In this document: one piece after another, positions 11,001 through 23,000 of the stretch | Layout of the letters: every line of letters begins with the position of its first letter | Numbering within the stretch: the first letter of the stretch is position 1 | Assembly (NCBI GenBank): GCA_036172245.1 | Contig: JAYWIR010000008.1 | Coordinates: forward strand, 4,278,001 to 4,342,000 | Length of the DNA: 64,000 nucleotides | Direction of reading: 5' to 3' | Origin: Raillietiella orientalis | Taxonomy: Eukaryota | Notes under the pieces: generated by a model | The model's database searches: none | Told to the model about the DNA's origin: nothing | The model's input: the letters and a program-made list of their open reading frames with translations, nothing else | Made by a program: the position numbers and the translations under genes

Positions 11001-14000
11001 CCAGGTTCCGCTTTCCGTAGCTGGACCGGGTTCGACGCCAATCGGAAGGGCATAATTTCCTCTCTGGAGCGTTCTCTTTCTGGTGGGCAAAACTGGGACT
11101 CCCCCATGTCCATTATGCATCCCATCTTTGCGCGCGGTTCACAAGTTTCGAGGTCGCCCTTTTTCCTTTTTGTATCTTAACTTTTGTCTCCTCTCGTAGA
11201 ATTTCAAAAGGGTCTCGGGAGGCGAAGCCGCTGGAAGCATGCCGGTGGAAAGCGACGTTCAACCAGAAAGCATGGAAACTCGCTGTCACGTGACACAGCG
11301 CGGTCTACTTTCGCACAGCACAGTGAGGCGAATGTCGTTCGAATCGCAGACCCGCGTAGCTCCAAAGAAATCGAACGGGCGGTAGGGATGAGGCGAAATA
11401 CCAACGCAAGCAGCGTAACAATGGATAGGATTCTCGGCACAGCAGCTCATGCAGCGAGCGAGCATCGCGACAATCGCTGGGGAATCCCGAGGGCATTGTT
11501 ACGGTTGGGGCATCCATTGTTAGGCTCCCACGCTGGCCATGCTTTGTCAAACATTCCCGAAGGATGACAAAGAGAGATTAACTGGAGTCGTAAAGCGTTC
11601 GTTAGTGCTTGCGCGGGCTGGAATTCGTTGAGGAAAGCGCCCCCGTACTATCCAATAGTGCCATTTCCGCGCTGCTATTTTGGGATGCCAACACCCCGCG
11701 TAGAGACGTCATCCCAAGAAAACTGTAAATTTGGACAAAGGTTTGCATAACGTGGCGGAACGCTTTCTGAAGTCCGGGAAGTTTCTGAATGAAGGAGGAG
11801 TGCAAACGACCAGCTTTCCTCACTTGGAGTCGATTCGAAAAGCCGGTGGCGCGGTTGCCAATAGAAACGAAACCGATCACATCCTCAAAAACTGAGGCGA
11901 CTGATACGAGTCATCAAGGTATCACGAAGCAAGCGCGATGAGGTGGTGCTTTCGGGATTCTTCCCTTCAAAGTTGCTGACGTGTAAAATCCATGCGTAAG
12001 AGATGCTTTCGCGAGAAGGAATGGACACTCAGCATCCGCGGAGCATATGGAATGCTGCGCAGGTTTGACGCGAGGCTCGCGACAGCCGAAGATACTGGAA
12101 GGGGGGAACCGGACAGGAAGGATGCACAGTTTCGTTTTCCTCCCGAGAAGATAGTTTTCGCGTTCTCCTTTGTCTTTCAGCTCCAGCGAGATGCAGCCGT
12201 CCCAGACAACTCGCGTCCTTCTGCACCCGGGAGATTCACTCTCTTTATTGTCAGTTACGATGCCAATCTGGCTTTCAATGAAGTGAAAGGGTTTTTAGCG
12301 AGCGTAGAGCGCCTCAGCTCGGAGTCGGAATCAAGATTTTCAAGGACAGGAGGAAGAAATTCCTAAATGGCAGCATCCAAACAGGAAACCCAGCTCTGAC
12401 GAGAGAATTTTAATTCGCCTTAGGATCCAAACTAATCGAAAAGAGGAAAGTGGAATCAGAATTGGAAGAGAACGTTTTGAAAGGAATCCAGTCTCCAAGG
12501 AAACCTGCTACGCTCCCAATTACTCTCGGAGAACGCGCGCACATTCTGCCGGTGCAGCAGCCGACCTATCGCGCATGATCGGTGAATAATTAAGCTTTCA
12601 GCTATGGGAATGTCAGTGGACGGACCAGGCTCTCCACCAGGTGTTCTGGCTGGCATTCGCTCCTCCGCGGCAAGGACGATTTCCGATGCAATCTTGCAGC
12701 TCCGGTTTAGGAGGCGTCTCTTCTCGAAAGGAATGCGGGCTCCATAAAAGAGGAAGGTGGTGCCTTTCCTGTGCTTACGTAGGAAGCGCCTGCGCCTCTT
12801 AGCGCGGGTCGGACAGGGAGGGAGGGGGAGGAAACACGCTGCTTTACCTCATCCGCATCTGCAGAACTCCCCCCGTACGCTCGCAAAGTGCACGTGCGGG
12901 TCTTCGAACACGTGGCTTCGGTGCGTCCTCGCGCCACTAGCGCAGGCTGCTGCTGTTCGACTTTGCGGGTGGAGGGAACGGAGAGAACGCGGGGGAGGGA
13001 GGGCAATTTCCGAGACGCTGGTGCAGCCGCAGCATCGGGTGCTTTCCTGTCTCGCCAGGTCGAGTTTACAGCCCGGCAGCCCCCACCTCTTTCAGGATGC
13101 TCAGAAACAGCCCGCACGGGTTTTCCGACGTGGTCAGTGAGCAGAATCATCATTAAGAACGCGCCATCTTGAAGGATGGCCAGGGTCACCTTTTGAATCT
13201 GGTGGCAGGATGCCCAGCTTTGGACTCTCCCGTCCGTCGTTAATTTCCACCTCAAAGATGATGCGCGAGCGGTTTTCTCCCGAGCTGCGGGTTGCCACTC
13301 TTTTAATCTAATCTTCGCTACCCGAGGAACTATTTTTAGCCATCTCAGCTTGCGTGTGAGAAAAATCGCTAACGGTCGTAATTCCTGAAGGATCGGCAGT
13401 GACTTCGCGTCATCTCGGGAGGAAATTCCGGTGATCAGGCACCGATCATTCAGGAATCCGTTTCGGTTCGAAGAGTGGGTTCACGCAAGAGGAGGAGGAG
13501 GAATGCAGGGTTCCAGAGATGGAAAGCGTCCTGCAGGAAGTGTCGGGCTGCCACCAGGTCGCTCGGTCGCGCCGCAATTAGCGGAATCGGCTGGTTGCAG
13601 GGCGGCATTCCGAGGCCCGGAGGTCTCGGCATGGGATCACAACTACGGGGAAGGCACATTTTTAATGAATTATCGGCACCGGAGTTCATCACGAGTGGGC
13701 ATGGATGGGAGGCTGCGGAAGAATTTCCTCTCCGCAAACCTCACCCTTTTTTCAGAGAGAGATTTTCTTTGCGCTTCGCTTCATTCACGTGTCCATTCCG
13801 TGGGGTAATTATGGCTTCCAAGGACGCCACGACTCCTCGTTTCCAAAGATCGATCTCTCCTTCCAAGATCCCTGTTTGGTCGGGTTCTTCCCTGCTCGCG
13901 CTGCTTCGCTCTTAAAATCCTCTTGGCAAGGCCGCAGGGAGCAGTGGGCGGCTGAGGAGACCATAGGGAACATTTAGTGCGCCTACAACTTCCGCGCGCG

Positions 14001-17000
14001 TGGCACCACGCATTGCGGGTTCGAATCCCACTCGGGGAAGGATCGACGCCGAGAAATCGTGGGTGCGTCTTCGTGAGTTTCGAGTCACCCCCTCTGCAGG
14101 ATGACGCTGGTTGTCCTCGGTTGGCCCCAGGTGAGACACCGGTGGAAGCCGGATGTCCTTCGTTGAGTGGCTGGGACTGGAAGTCGACCCCTCCGAAGTT
14201 CTTCCAGGAATCAAAAAGCTGGTTCCCTTCGGGGTTCCCCTCCGGTTGTGAAAACGGAGCCGTCCTTTCCCTTTCGAAGGGGGATCCTCCATCACTTACC
14301 TTGGAGCTGGTTGGATTGACCTCGAGGGTTGCTCTCCACAGTGTCAAGGAGTGCGATGTCCCCTTCGAGGAGCGCCCTTCAGAGCAATTAAGAAACGTCT
14401 CCTCGAGGTTCTCTTCAGAGGAGGAAATAAGGAGCAGACCTCTTATAGGTTCCCTGAGGAGAAGAAATGAGGAATGATCCCTTCCGGGGGACCATTCAGA
14501 AGAGAATAAGGGAGGAATTTCGGGACAACCAGGACGGTGTTCCTTTCGAGGTTCCTACCCAAGCCGTAAGAGGAACGGACTTTCTCCTCCGGAGTCTTCC
14601 TGGATTCATTGGGTGGTCCCTGCGAGGTTATCCCCCTAACCCTGAAGAGTTGACATGCAACCTCGTGTGGCATGGACAGCATCAAGGAGCTTTGCGAGTT
14701 CCCCTTATGAAAGCTAACGGTTTTTCAACACTTCTTAACAACTAGAAAGAAAAAGAAAACCCAAACGAAAAAGAGGGGAAAAAAAGAAAAATCTGGAAGG
14801 GACTCGGAGAGAGGGCAGTGGTTTCGAACCGGCTCTTGAAGCACAGTGGACGCACCACCACCATCACCTCTCGCTCCTCATTTACGCTGCCTTCTTCTCC
14901 CGACCACCATCCCCGCACGTTCGGCGTCTGTGGGACGTGGCCTGCTGCACTCTGGTGCAGATCAAGGAATACTAGCATCCGGCTCACCGGTCCCAGATGC
15001 TGGGAGCGCATCCAGCGGAGTGCAAGGCGGGCACGAGGGAATGCGCTGATTGCAGACGGGAGAGGTCTGCCTCCCTGAAGCCTGCCGTTCGGAAACTGCG
15101 CCGCTCCCTCCCTACCCGTGCTGATGCCGAGAGCCTCTTTTGTGTTCCCGATCGTACATTTCTGCTGATCCACGCGGGCACCGGACGGGGAGCAGCCTTC
15201 TGCTCAAGCTGGGCATCGCTTCGAGGCTCGTTTTCTTCCATCTTTTTCTCACGATTGCAGCTTTCTGATGCAGGATTGGGGATATCAGGGAGGAGATATT
15301 GATCGGGAGCACGAAGACGTCGTGGAGGCAAGCCCTTGCCCTCTGTGCTTCGGCATACCTCGCTCATCATCCTTTCAGGGACCAAATCCCCCTAAGAGGC
15401 TGCCCCTAGGAGGGATTCGGTCTCCGAAGAGGGTTCCCGGAACACTCCGATTCCGGCTGGAAAGACCACAGGAGCTCTCCTATCGATTAGCAATTGGCGG
15501 TTTGTGCGCGCTATCGTTTCCGGACTCAGAACGCCCGAACCTGCATCGCGCGCCGCCGCATCTCCTCTTGAGCGCCACCTCTTGCTGCATTTCACGTCGT
15601 CGCTCCTTATTACTACTATCCTCCTTGTCTTGCGGGAGTGCTTCTTGGAGGTAGCTTGCGAACATTATCCGTGCCAAATTGCCTGCAATCGCTGCCTTCT
15701 TAAGAGCAGCAGCAAGGTGGCGGTCTCTGAGATGCCGCCGCGAATGGGCTCCACCCACCGCAGTTTGACCGCGCGGGAATACCAAGGGACCACCCCTGTG
15801 GAGTTGACGGCATCCCACAATCTTTCCAAGTGCCTTTGGTGCTACCTGGGTCCGGCACCCCGCTCCCTATCGAAAAGTTCATCAGAGGACTTGCCTGCCA
15901 CCGACCTCTGCTGAACTTCTCTTTGTTGCTTGCCTGAGGGCAGCATCCAACTGGCGTTTGCCCTTGTTGCTTCCGTTCTGGACTCTGGTGGATCGAATTC
16001 CACTTGACCCCGAGTGCGTGCTGATCCCTCTCCCCGCATCGGTTTTTCCGTGATCTCTTAGGAGTCTGCTTCTCCACTTGCCCTTCAGGAAACGGGTAGA
16101 GACAAATAAAAGGGCTCAGGAACTCCCGAGACATTCTTTTGCCCACTCGCTCTCGACGTGCTTTAGATACGAGCGTCTCTCCGTGAGGTCGCATCCTTTC
16201 TTGCCCTTGCTTTTCTGTGATTCGTTTGTGGTGACCGTCTCTAGCGAGTCAGAGGCCTCCGGGAAACAACATGGCCTCCGTCACCACTTCATCACCCGCT
16301 CCTGACTCGCCTTCTCCCGAATGCCGCCGCTGGTTGGTTCCTTAGACCACCACCACCCTCGGCTGAGGACGGAATCATCACCTCGCCCTTCGCTGATCAC
16401 GGGAATCGGGGGATGACGGAGGTCGAGGGACCACAGGCTCAGAGTCCCAGCAGCTTCTTTGTTCTTTCTGCCCGTTGCCGCAGGGAAGGAAGTTCCATGG
16501 GTTCTGAACCCCACCTTTGCCTTGGAGTTGCAAGCTCCACCCTGGTGGTTTGTTCCAGATCTTTCTCCGACCACAGGACCAAACCTTCGCCTCCGGACCA
16601 ATCAAGAACGAGACCTCTTCCGGATGAACCAGGAGAAGGCGGGTAAGGGGGAATAGGCTCAGCGGAGCGAAGGTTGCCATGAAAATGGGGGTCTCTTAAT
16701 CTCGCTTGCTTCTCTGATTGCTTTTCATCTCCCTCCTCTTCTCTGTTCTTCGATAAATCCCTCGATAAATCCTCAGATAACGCCATGCCATGACGGCAGC
16801 CTCCCCCCTTCGAAACCAACCTTCCGCGCCTCCAGATCCCGGCGTCATGACAAAGCTTCCCTCTCGAAGGGAAGAACGATCTCTGTACCCGAGGGAGTCA
16901 CGTGCTCAGGTCACCACCAGCCCTTCTAAAGGTCCCCCCTGCGCCTCTCCAGAAGCGGTTCCGTACAGTTCAGCAAAGTATCGAAGTTCGATCTGTGGAG

Positions 17001-20000
17001 GAGACAGAGGGTGGATGCGGAGATGGAGTTCCCGTCAGACACGGGCCAAACCGGAGGACACATCCCAAGCCTCCCATTCGGGGACTTGCAAGAAGCACAA
17101 GGAAGAAAGCACAGAGACGCAGCCAAATGGCGACAACGCTCCACAGGGAAGCTGAAAAGAGCATATCTCTGATTTAGAGACGTCCATCATCACAGCAACG
17201 GCTGAGGGTGCTCGAACATTCAGAAGGATGTGGCACGTGTAGCAGCCTTGAACCGAGAGGCATTCATCCAGCATCGAGCAAGGAGGCAACTGGGAAGAAC
17301 GCACGGTCCCTTCAATCCTCGTCATCCCTAGAGGTAGTCCGAGAAGCCTCAGCCCGGAGTTCCAGGTCTCCTCAGAGAATCAACTGGGCTCGAATGAGGC
17401 GCCACCTTCCTCAGTTGGACCAGATCTTGCAAGGGGCTCACTGCTCCAACGGGTGGGGTATCTGAGAGGAAACTGACTGATTCCGAGGCAGGGGTCTCTT
17501 GCTTTTACCTCCTCCTCTCTCCCAAGCCACACTATTTCCCCTGGATTCGTCTTCTGCACGATTCCGAGTAGCCTCTCTCCTAAGAAACGCTACCCTCGTC
17601 TCGGGTCCAGGGCAGCCTCGGGGCGGAGAGGCTTCTCCTGAAGCCCCTCTTAGTGCTCCTCCTACCTGATTTCCCTCGCCCGCTTCTGTTCCCTCCCTTC
17701 GCGTCTTGCAAGCATAGCGAACGCTTCCGGAACGGTGAGTCCTGGAGATTGTCATTATGCCTTTCCTCCCTCCCTCGCTTCTGAATGGAGGAACCTTCCG
17801 GATTCCACGCAGCCCGCAGCAGTTGCAACCGATCTCGTGAGGAATTCACGAGGAGATGGGGGACTCGGATCCCAGACTGCGGAAGAAGTGGAAGCGAGGG
17901 GAGAGAGCCCTGAACCCTCAACCCTCTGCAACCTCCTGAGTAGTCTCCCCCTGAGCGATGACAGAGATCCGCCGGGAAGTCTCCGCATTCCCACCCGCTT
18001 TTGGTTCCTTTCCGGAAGAAGGAGCACGGAGTTGAGGTCGAGGCGCTGCCGTGGCCACGTCCACTGCCTTTCCCCTGCTGCTGGAAAGACAGAGCAAGGA
18101 ACTTGCCTGGGCTTCAGGAAGGACGAAGAGGGAAAGCTGTCGATAGAGTGGAAGAAGAGATCTCTCGACAGGATTGGGGAGCACACCGAAGCCACACACC
18201 CCAGGAGCGTCCTACCGTTTCCGATGCTCGTGGAGCAGCAGAGGGTGCGAACCCTCTCTCAAGATTCCCATTCCGCTCTTGGAGATGCAGAAAGTCAAAC
18301 TGTCTCACCTAGTCCCTCGGGAGGAACAGAAGAGGTGGGAATTCTCTCTCGATCAGCGTTCTCACCATGGAGGTGTCGCTACTCGGGGAGCGAAGGAGCC
18401 GCCTCCCAGCTTGCGGAAGAGGAAGGAGAGGCAAGGAAAGAGTGGGAGGAATTCCTTCCTTCGGGGGAAGCCCTCAAGGGGGTCAAGAGCATGAAGAGAC
18501 GAAGATCTGCCTCTGTTCTTGCTCTTCGCCGTCTTCCTTCTCTTCTCCCGCTACAAGGAAGCACTGCCTGACAAGCCCTCTAGCTGTTCCCGAAGAGCAG
18601 CAGGCAGCACGACGCTAGCTTGGACATTTCTGGAAGATCCGCTGTGCAGAAAGTTACGCAATAGATACTCTTTGAAGCGACTGGGAACGAGACTCTTCCC
18701 TATCCATCGGTAGGAGCGCCATGTGGAAGGACGGGACGTTCAAAACGGGCACGACGTTTCTGGATGGTCCCACTCTTGGAGGAACTCAGGCCGATCTCGA
18801 GGGGAGCAGAAGCCAGATCTTCCGGTCTGAGGAGTCCAGGGAGAGCTCAGAAGGAAACTCCCTCTGAAGAGGAAGATCTTCCTTGTTCTGGAGTTCCGCA
18901 TGCTCGAGGAGGAGCGCGTGATACATCTGGAGGACGTCCCTTCCCAGACTCAGGAGGAAGAGCCCTGCTCCGCCCAGCCTTTCCCGTCGGCACGTATGGG
19001 TCGTGTCTCTCGAGCGACGTCGCTCGGAAGAACTCCCTCCCCCCCTTTCCCCATTCTCCTCCTCCTTCCTTTCGCACTCTTATGCTACGGTAGAGCTTAG
19101 AGGGTAGATAGAAGGAAAGCAGTCTTCCCGAGAAAGGGAGGCTGGGGGAAGATATGCTGTGCTTCTGATGAACTGATAGACTGTTTTTTTCCTCTCCTCT
19201 TCCTATCGGTCACGCTCATACCCAGGATGACGAGGCATCCGAAAGCTCCCCAGGGTGGATGCAGCTCCTCAGAGGCCGGGAAGAACATCTCAGGAGACAG
19301 AGAAGGTTAGTTTCGACTTCCTCTCTTTTCTCCGTCGGCTACTGCTATTCTCCCCGGGATAGCTCTCCGAGACGATGAGAGCAGGAAGGCGAAGGGAAGG
19401 GTTAAAGAAGGGGAACAGGGAGGGAACAGAAGGCTTTCGCGGGGAGATGTGCCCGCAGATATCCAGCGTTTGGAAAAAGCCGACGACAGAGACGGTAACC
19501 ATGGCTCTAGCGTGCCATCCCCGGTCGTTTCATAACAGCAAATCTTATTGCTGTTGTCAGGTTATTACTAGCAGCAGTCACCATTCTTGGCTATTATTGG
19601 TTAATCTTGGTTATTGTTGCCATGGTCGTTGCCTGGCACCGTTGCTGTGGTGAGTTATGAACTACGACTGAGATTTCAGACTATTACTGTTACTGTTATT
19701 CTCACATACTGTTGCCGTCACCTGGTCATCACTGCTGCTATTGCTATTGCATTGTGGCTGCTTGCCATTACATTTTTGCTACTCCTGTTAATATGGCTGT
19801 TGTCAGTGATTAACGTTGTAACCATCACTACTTTAGTATCTTCCCTGCAACTACCACTACTATGATAGCACTGGTGCTATTATTGACAGTGCTATAATTC
19901 CTATTATAACTACTGACTACACTCTTTCTGTTACGATTATTATTATACTCACGGGTTATTATCATCACGGCCACTCTCTATTATCGTATTAATAGTAGTA

Positions 20001-23000
20001 GTATGGGCCCCCTGCAACCATCATTATACCAGCGATCTGCTATTAGTACGATCTCGTTCTTGTCTCTGCCTGCAATCGCTGCTATCGCACGGATCCGAAC
20101 GTGATCCCTCGGACACATCTCCGTGACTTTCCATCCAAATTTCTTTCTCCTGCTGATCACGAGCGACTTCGGCTGCTCCACGCTTGACGCCATCTTTGTC
20201 TCCGGAGCGACACACGCCGTCCTCCGAGCGCCGCCGCCGACGTCTTACCTCTTCCGGACGATGGCTGACCGCAGGGCGCGTGCCGGAGGTCGGCACCGTC
20301 GGGTGACCAGTGCGACTGCGAGCTCATTAGCCGGGAGAGAGAAAGAAGAGCGACTGCGAGCTCCACGAAGGGTGCAAGGCCGGAGACCGGGAAAAGCGGG
20401 AACGACGGACCGACGAAGTTCCAGCCAGACCCGGGACTACGTGAAGGCAGAAGACCTTCCAGAGCGCAGTTTCCGCTCCTCGCGCTCCCCCGTCCGTGAA
20501 ACTCCGAGCGCGCCCTCCCTGGGACTTGAGCTTACCTTCCAACCCCTTCCTCACGAGGACTTAGCCGACTCGCACTCGCCCCCTCCACCACAAGAAGGCG
20601 AGGTGAACTTTGGAGGCCTTCTGCTTGCACAGCAGCCCTGGCTCCGGATGCCCACGGATTCTTGGCGTCATTTGCAGACCGCTGTACTAACGGTCTTCTC
20701 CCTGATAGCCCTCAGGGGTCTCTCGCGTTGCCCCGGAACGGAAAGACCTCTCCACTCTAAGAGTGGAACCGCACGCTAACTCTTGGAGTGCCTCACTTGC
20801 TTCCACTGGAACAAGTGGGACGCCCGAAAGGGCGCCACCAAAGTCTGCAAGTCTTCATTTTTCCCTTGGTTTCAGAGATTTCGTCTATCTGAACATCTTC
20901 CTTCCTCCGGGCTCTGCGAGAGCACCGTGTTTCCCTCCAAAGGAGTCGGTCCTCTTCTGCTTTGTGACATCCCTGCACCTCGGCGTTTGGGGTCAAGGCT
21001 TTGCGCCTTAGAGGCCGTCCCCTGAAGGGAGGGGGGGGATCTTCGCTTGCGGCTTTCCTGCTGCAGCCCTCCTCTTTCGTCCTCTTGCACCGTCACGTCT
21101 CCTTCGAAGCTCCTTGGACATGCTGATGGGTTTGATCTGCAGACCTCCTTCTGTCTTGACCCTGGAACACTGACCAGGAGGCCTGCCACTTGAGGGTGCA
21201 GGTGCGCAGCGCGGGAAGGGGAATCGGACGTCTTTCGCGGCGAGCACCAGCGCACGGGAACATGCAGAGAAAGGAGGAAGAGGGGAAAGGGAGGGGGTGC
21301 GAGATGGAAGACGGACGAGTTCGAGACCGTCTGCAGCAGACCGCTTGCCCTTCTCCGCAGGGCTGGCGCCAGCTCCGAGCGCGACCCGGGTAACCGGGAG
21401 AATCTGAATCCAGGACTAACGTGATGTTTTCTGTCTTTTTGGTAGGTGCTCCGTCTCGTGTGGACAGCAAGATCGGGCCGGCTCGCAACCTCCCGTGCTC
21501 TGCAGAGAAAGTACGTATGCCCCCGGATCACGCTTATGGCCCGGGAGGACACTCCTCAAGGACGTCCTGAGTGCACGGAAGGCACGGAGGCAGAGGAAGC
21601 CTCTCGTCCTCGGGAAGGAGTGGCCCTCCCGGGAGGGGTGAGGTGGGGGCAGGGGAGGGAAGGGAGAATCAAAAGAGAAATCGCTCAAATGAACGGCGAG
21701 GTGCGAACACCGCAGCTCTCTCGTTTTCTTTTCTTTTTCATTGGTCCGCGGTGAAGAGGGTGCGAGGAAACCTGAACGCCGCAGGATCCACCCTCAGTTT
21801 CCTTTTCTTTTCTTCCGCCTTCGCTCTCGAATATCTTCGTGAATCAGTATGACAGGGCAGGAGGGAGAAAAACTTCTTCCTTCCGGGCAGAAAGAGGACT
21901 GCTTTCTCTTGTTCTTCCGGGAGTCACAGAGACTCCCAGAGAAAGAAGAGAAGCTCCCAGAACTGTCTCTTCCTCGTCCTCCTCCCCTGTTCTTCCACGT
22001 GCTCTTACCGCTTGCCTCTGATCTTCGGCTTTTGTCTCCCTTCCTTCTGCCTCCAGTTGGCACAGGATGGTGGTTCCTGGAGACTCTCTACCGGGAGGTG
22101 TCGATTTCTTGTTCGTTTCTCGGCTAGCCTCTCAGGTAGGCTTTCCGAAATGGTGGGATGCAAGTAGCTGAGACCAAACTTCGCCTCCGACCTTCATGCC
22201 TAACAAGTTCCCAGGCGAAGTCTCTCCCATTCAGCTCTCGGGACGACAGCAGAATTTCGGCGGTTCACTGTTCCCCAGCTGAGGAGGAGTGTCGCCGCCA
22301 CCACGCGGTCAGGTAGCCACTGTCCTCCGCATCCAATTCCGTAAACCCTTGATGCTCTGGTGCCCTTGCGGCAGTGTCAAAATCATCTTTCTCCACGGTA
22401 GGGGCTCGTCTGCTCATCCTCGCGGACCCGAGGACCCCTCTCCCCCTATAGTCCTCCTCGCAGTGCAGGAGTCGCCACGACGCCACGCAATTGCGAGGGT
22501 CCAACCGTCTCCGTCAGCCAATCTGGCAGCTCCCCTCGCCTTCTCTAGCTCATCCTCAGATATTCTCTTCCCTTCTTCCTTACTCTTCTGGCTCGTCCTG
22601 TGCCACCGGTTGGTCTCTCCTCCACGAGAGGCGAAGTGCTGGCGCACCGCGGGAAAGACCACGACTGTGTCCCATTAGGGGAGGAGGAGTCTACTGATTG
22701 ATCCACCCCTTCAATTCACCTCAGGGAGTCCCACTCCTCTCCTGCTACACCCGCCTCTCCTCCTCTTAGTCTCTTTCTATTGCTGGGCGCGATGGAGCTG
22801 ATGGTAAGGGTGGGAGGGAGAATATCTCGGACTCACAGAGGAGCCGGAAGTCCTCTCGCACCCGCGCCTCCCCCGCGACGAGAGACCCAGCGAGCAGTCT
22901 CTTGTCTCATTGTCCAGGACGAAATATCCAGAGGATCTCCACCTCCATCAGCGCCATCTCCCAAGCGTTCCGCCGGGAGGCTCGGCGAACGGACGCCCAA

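Noticed and set aside
13990..14035. tRNA gene at the B-box-containing heads (also 29.5, 35.4, 36.2, 49.3 kb)
   Set aside because: No complete cloverleaf or acceptor stem that I can build; each continues into the same repeat body, so they are SINE-like heads.
14095..14260. Hammerhead ribozyme in the repeat core
   Set aside because: Core reads caggatgac rather than CTGATGA, and I found no suitable stems around a GAAA.
17735..18571. 278-aa plus-strand ORF in the first intron
   Set aside because: Begins at a donor-like GTGAGT, has no recognisable motif and no clear splice boundaries that fit the frame chain.
21506..21510. 5-nt microexon ctgcAG|agaaa|GTACGT
   Set aside because: Would break the frame of the exon chain and has no other support.
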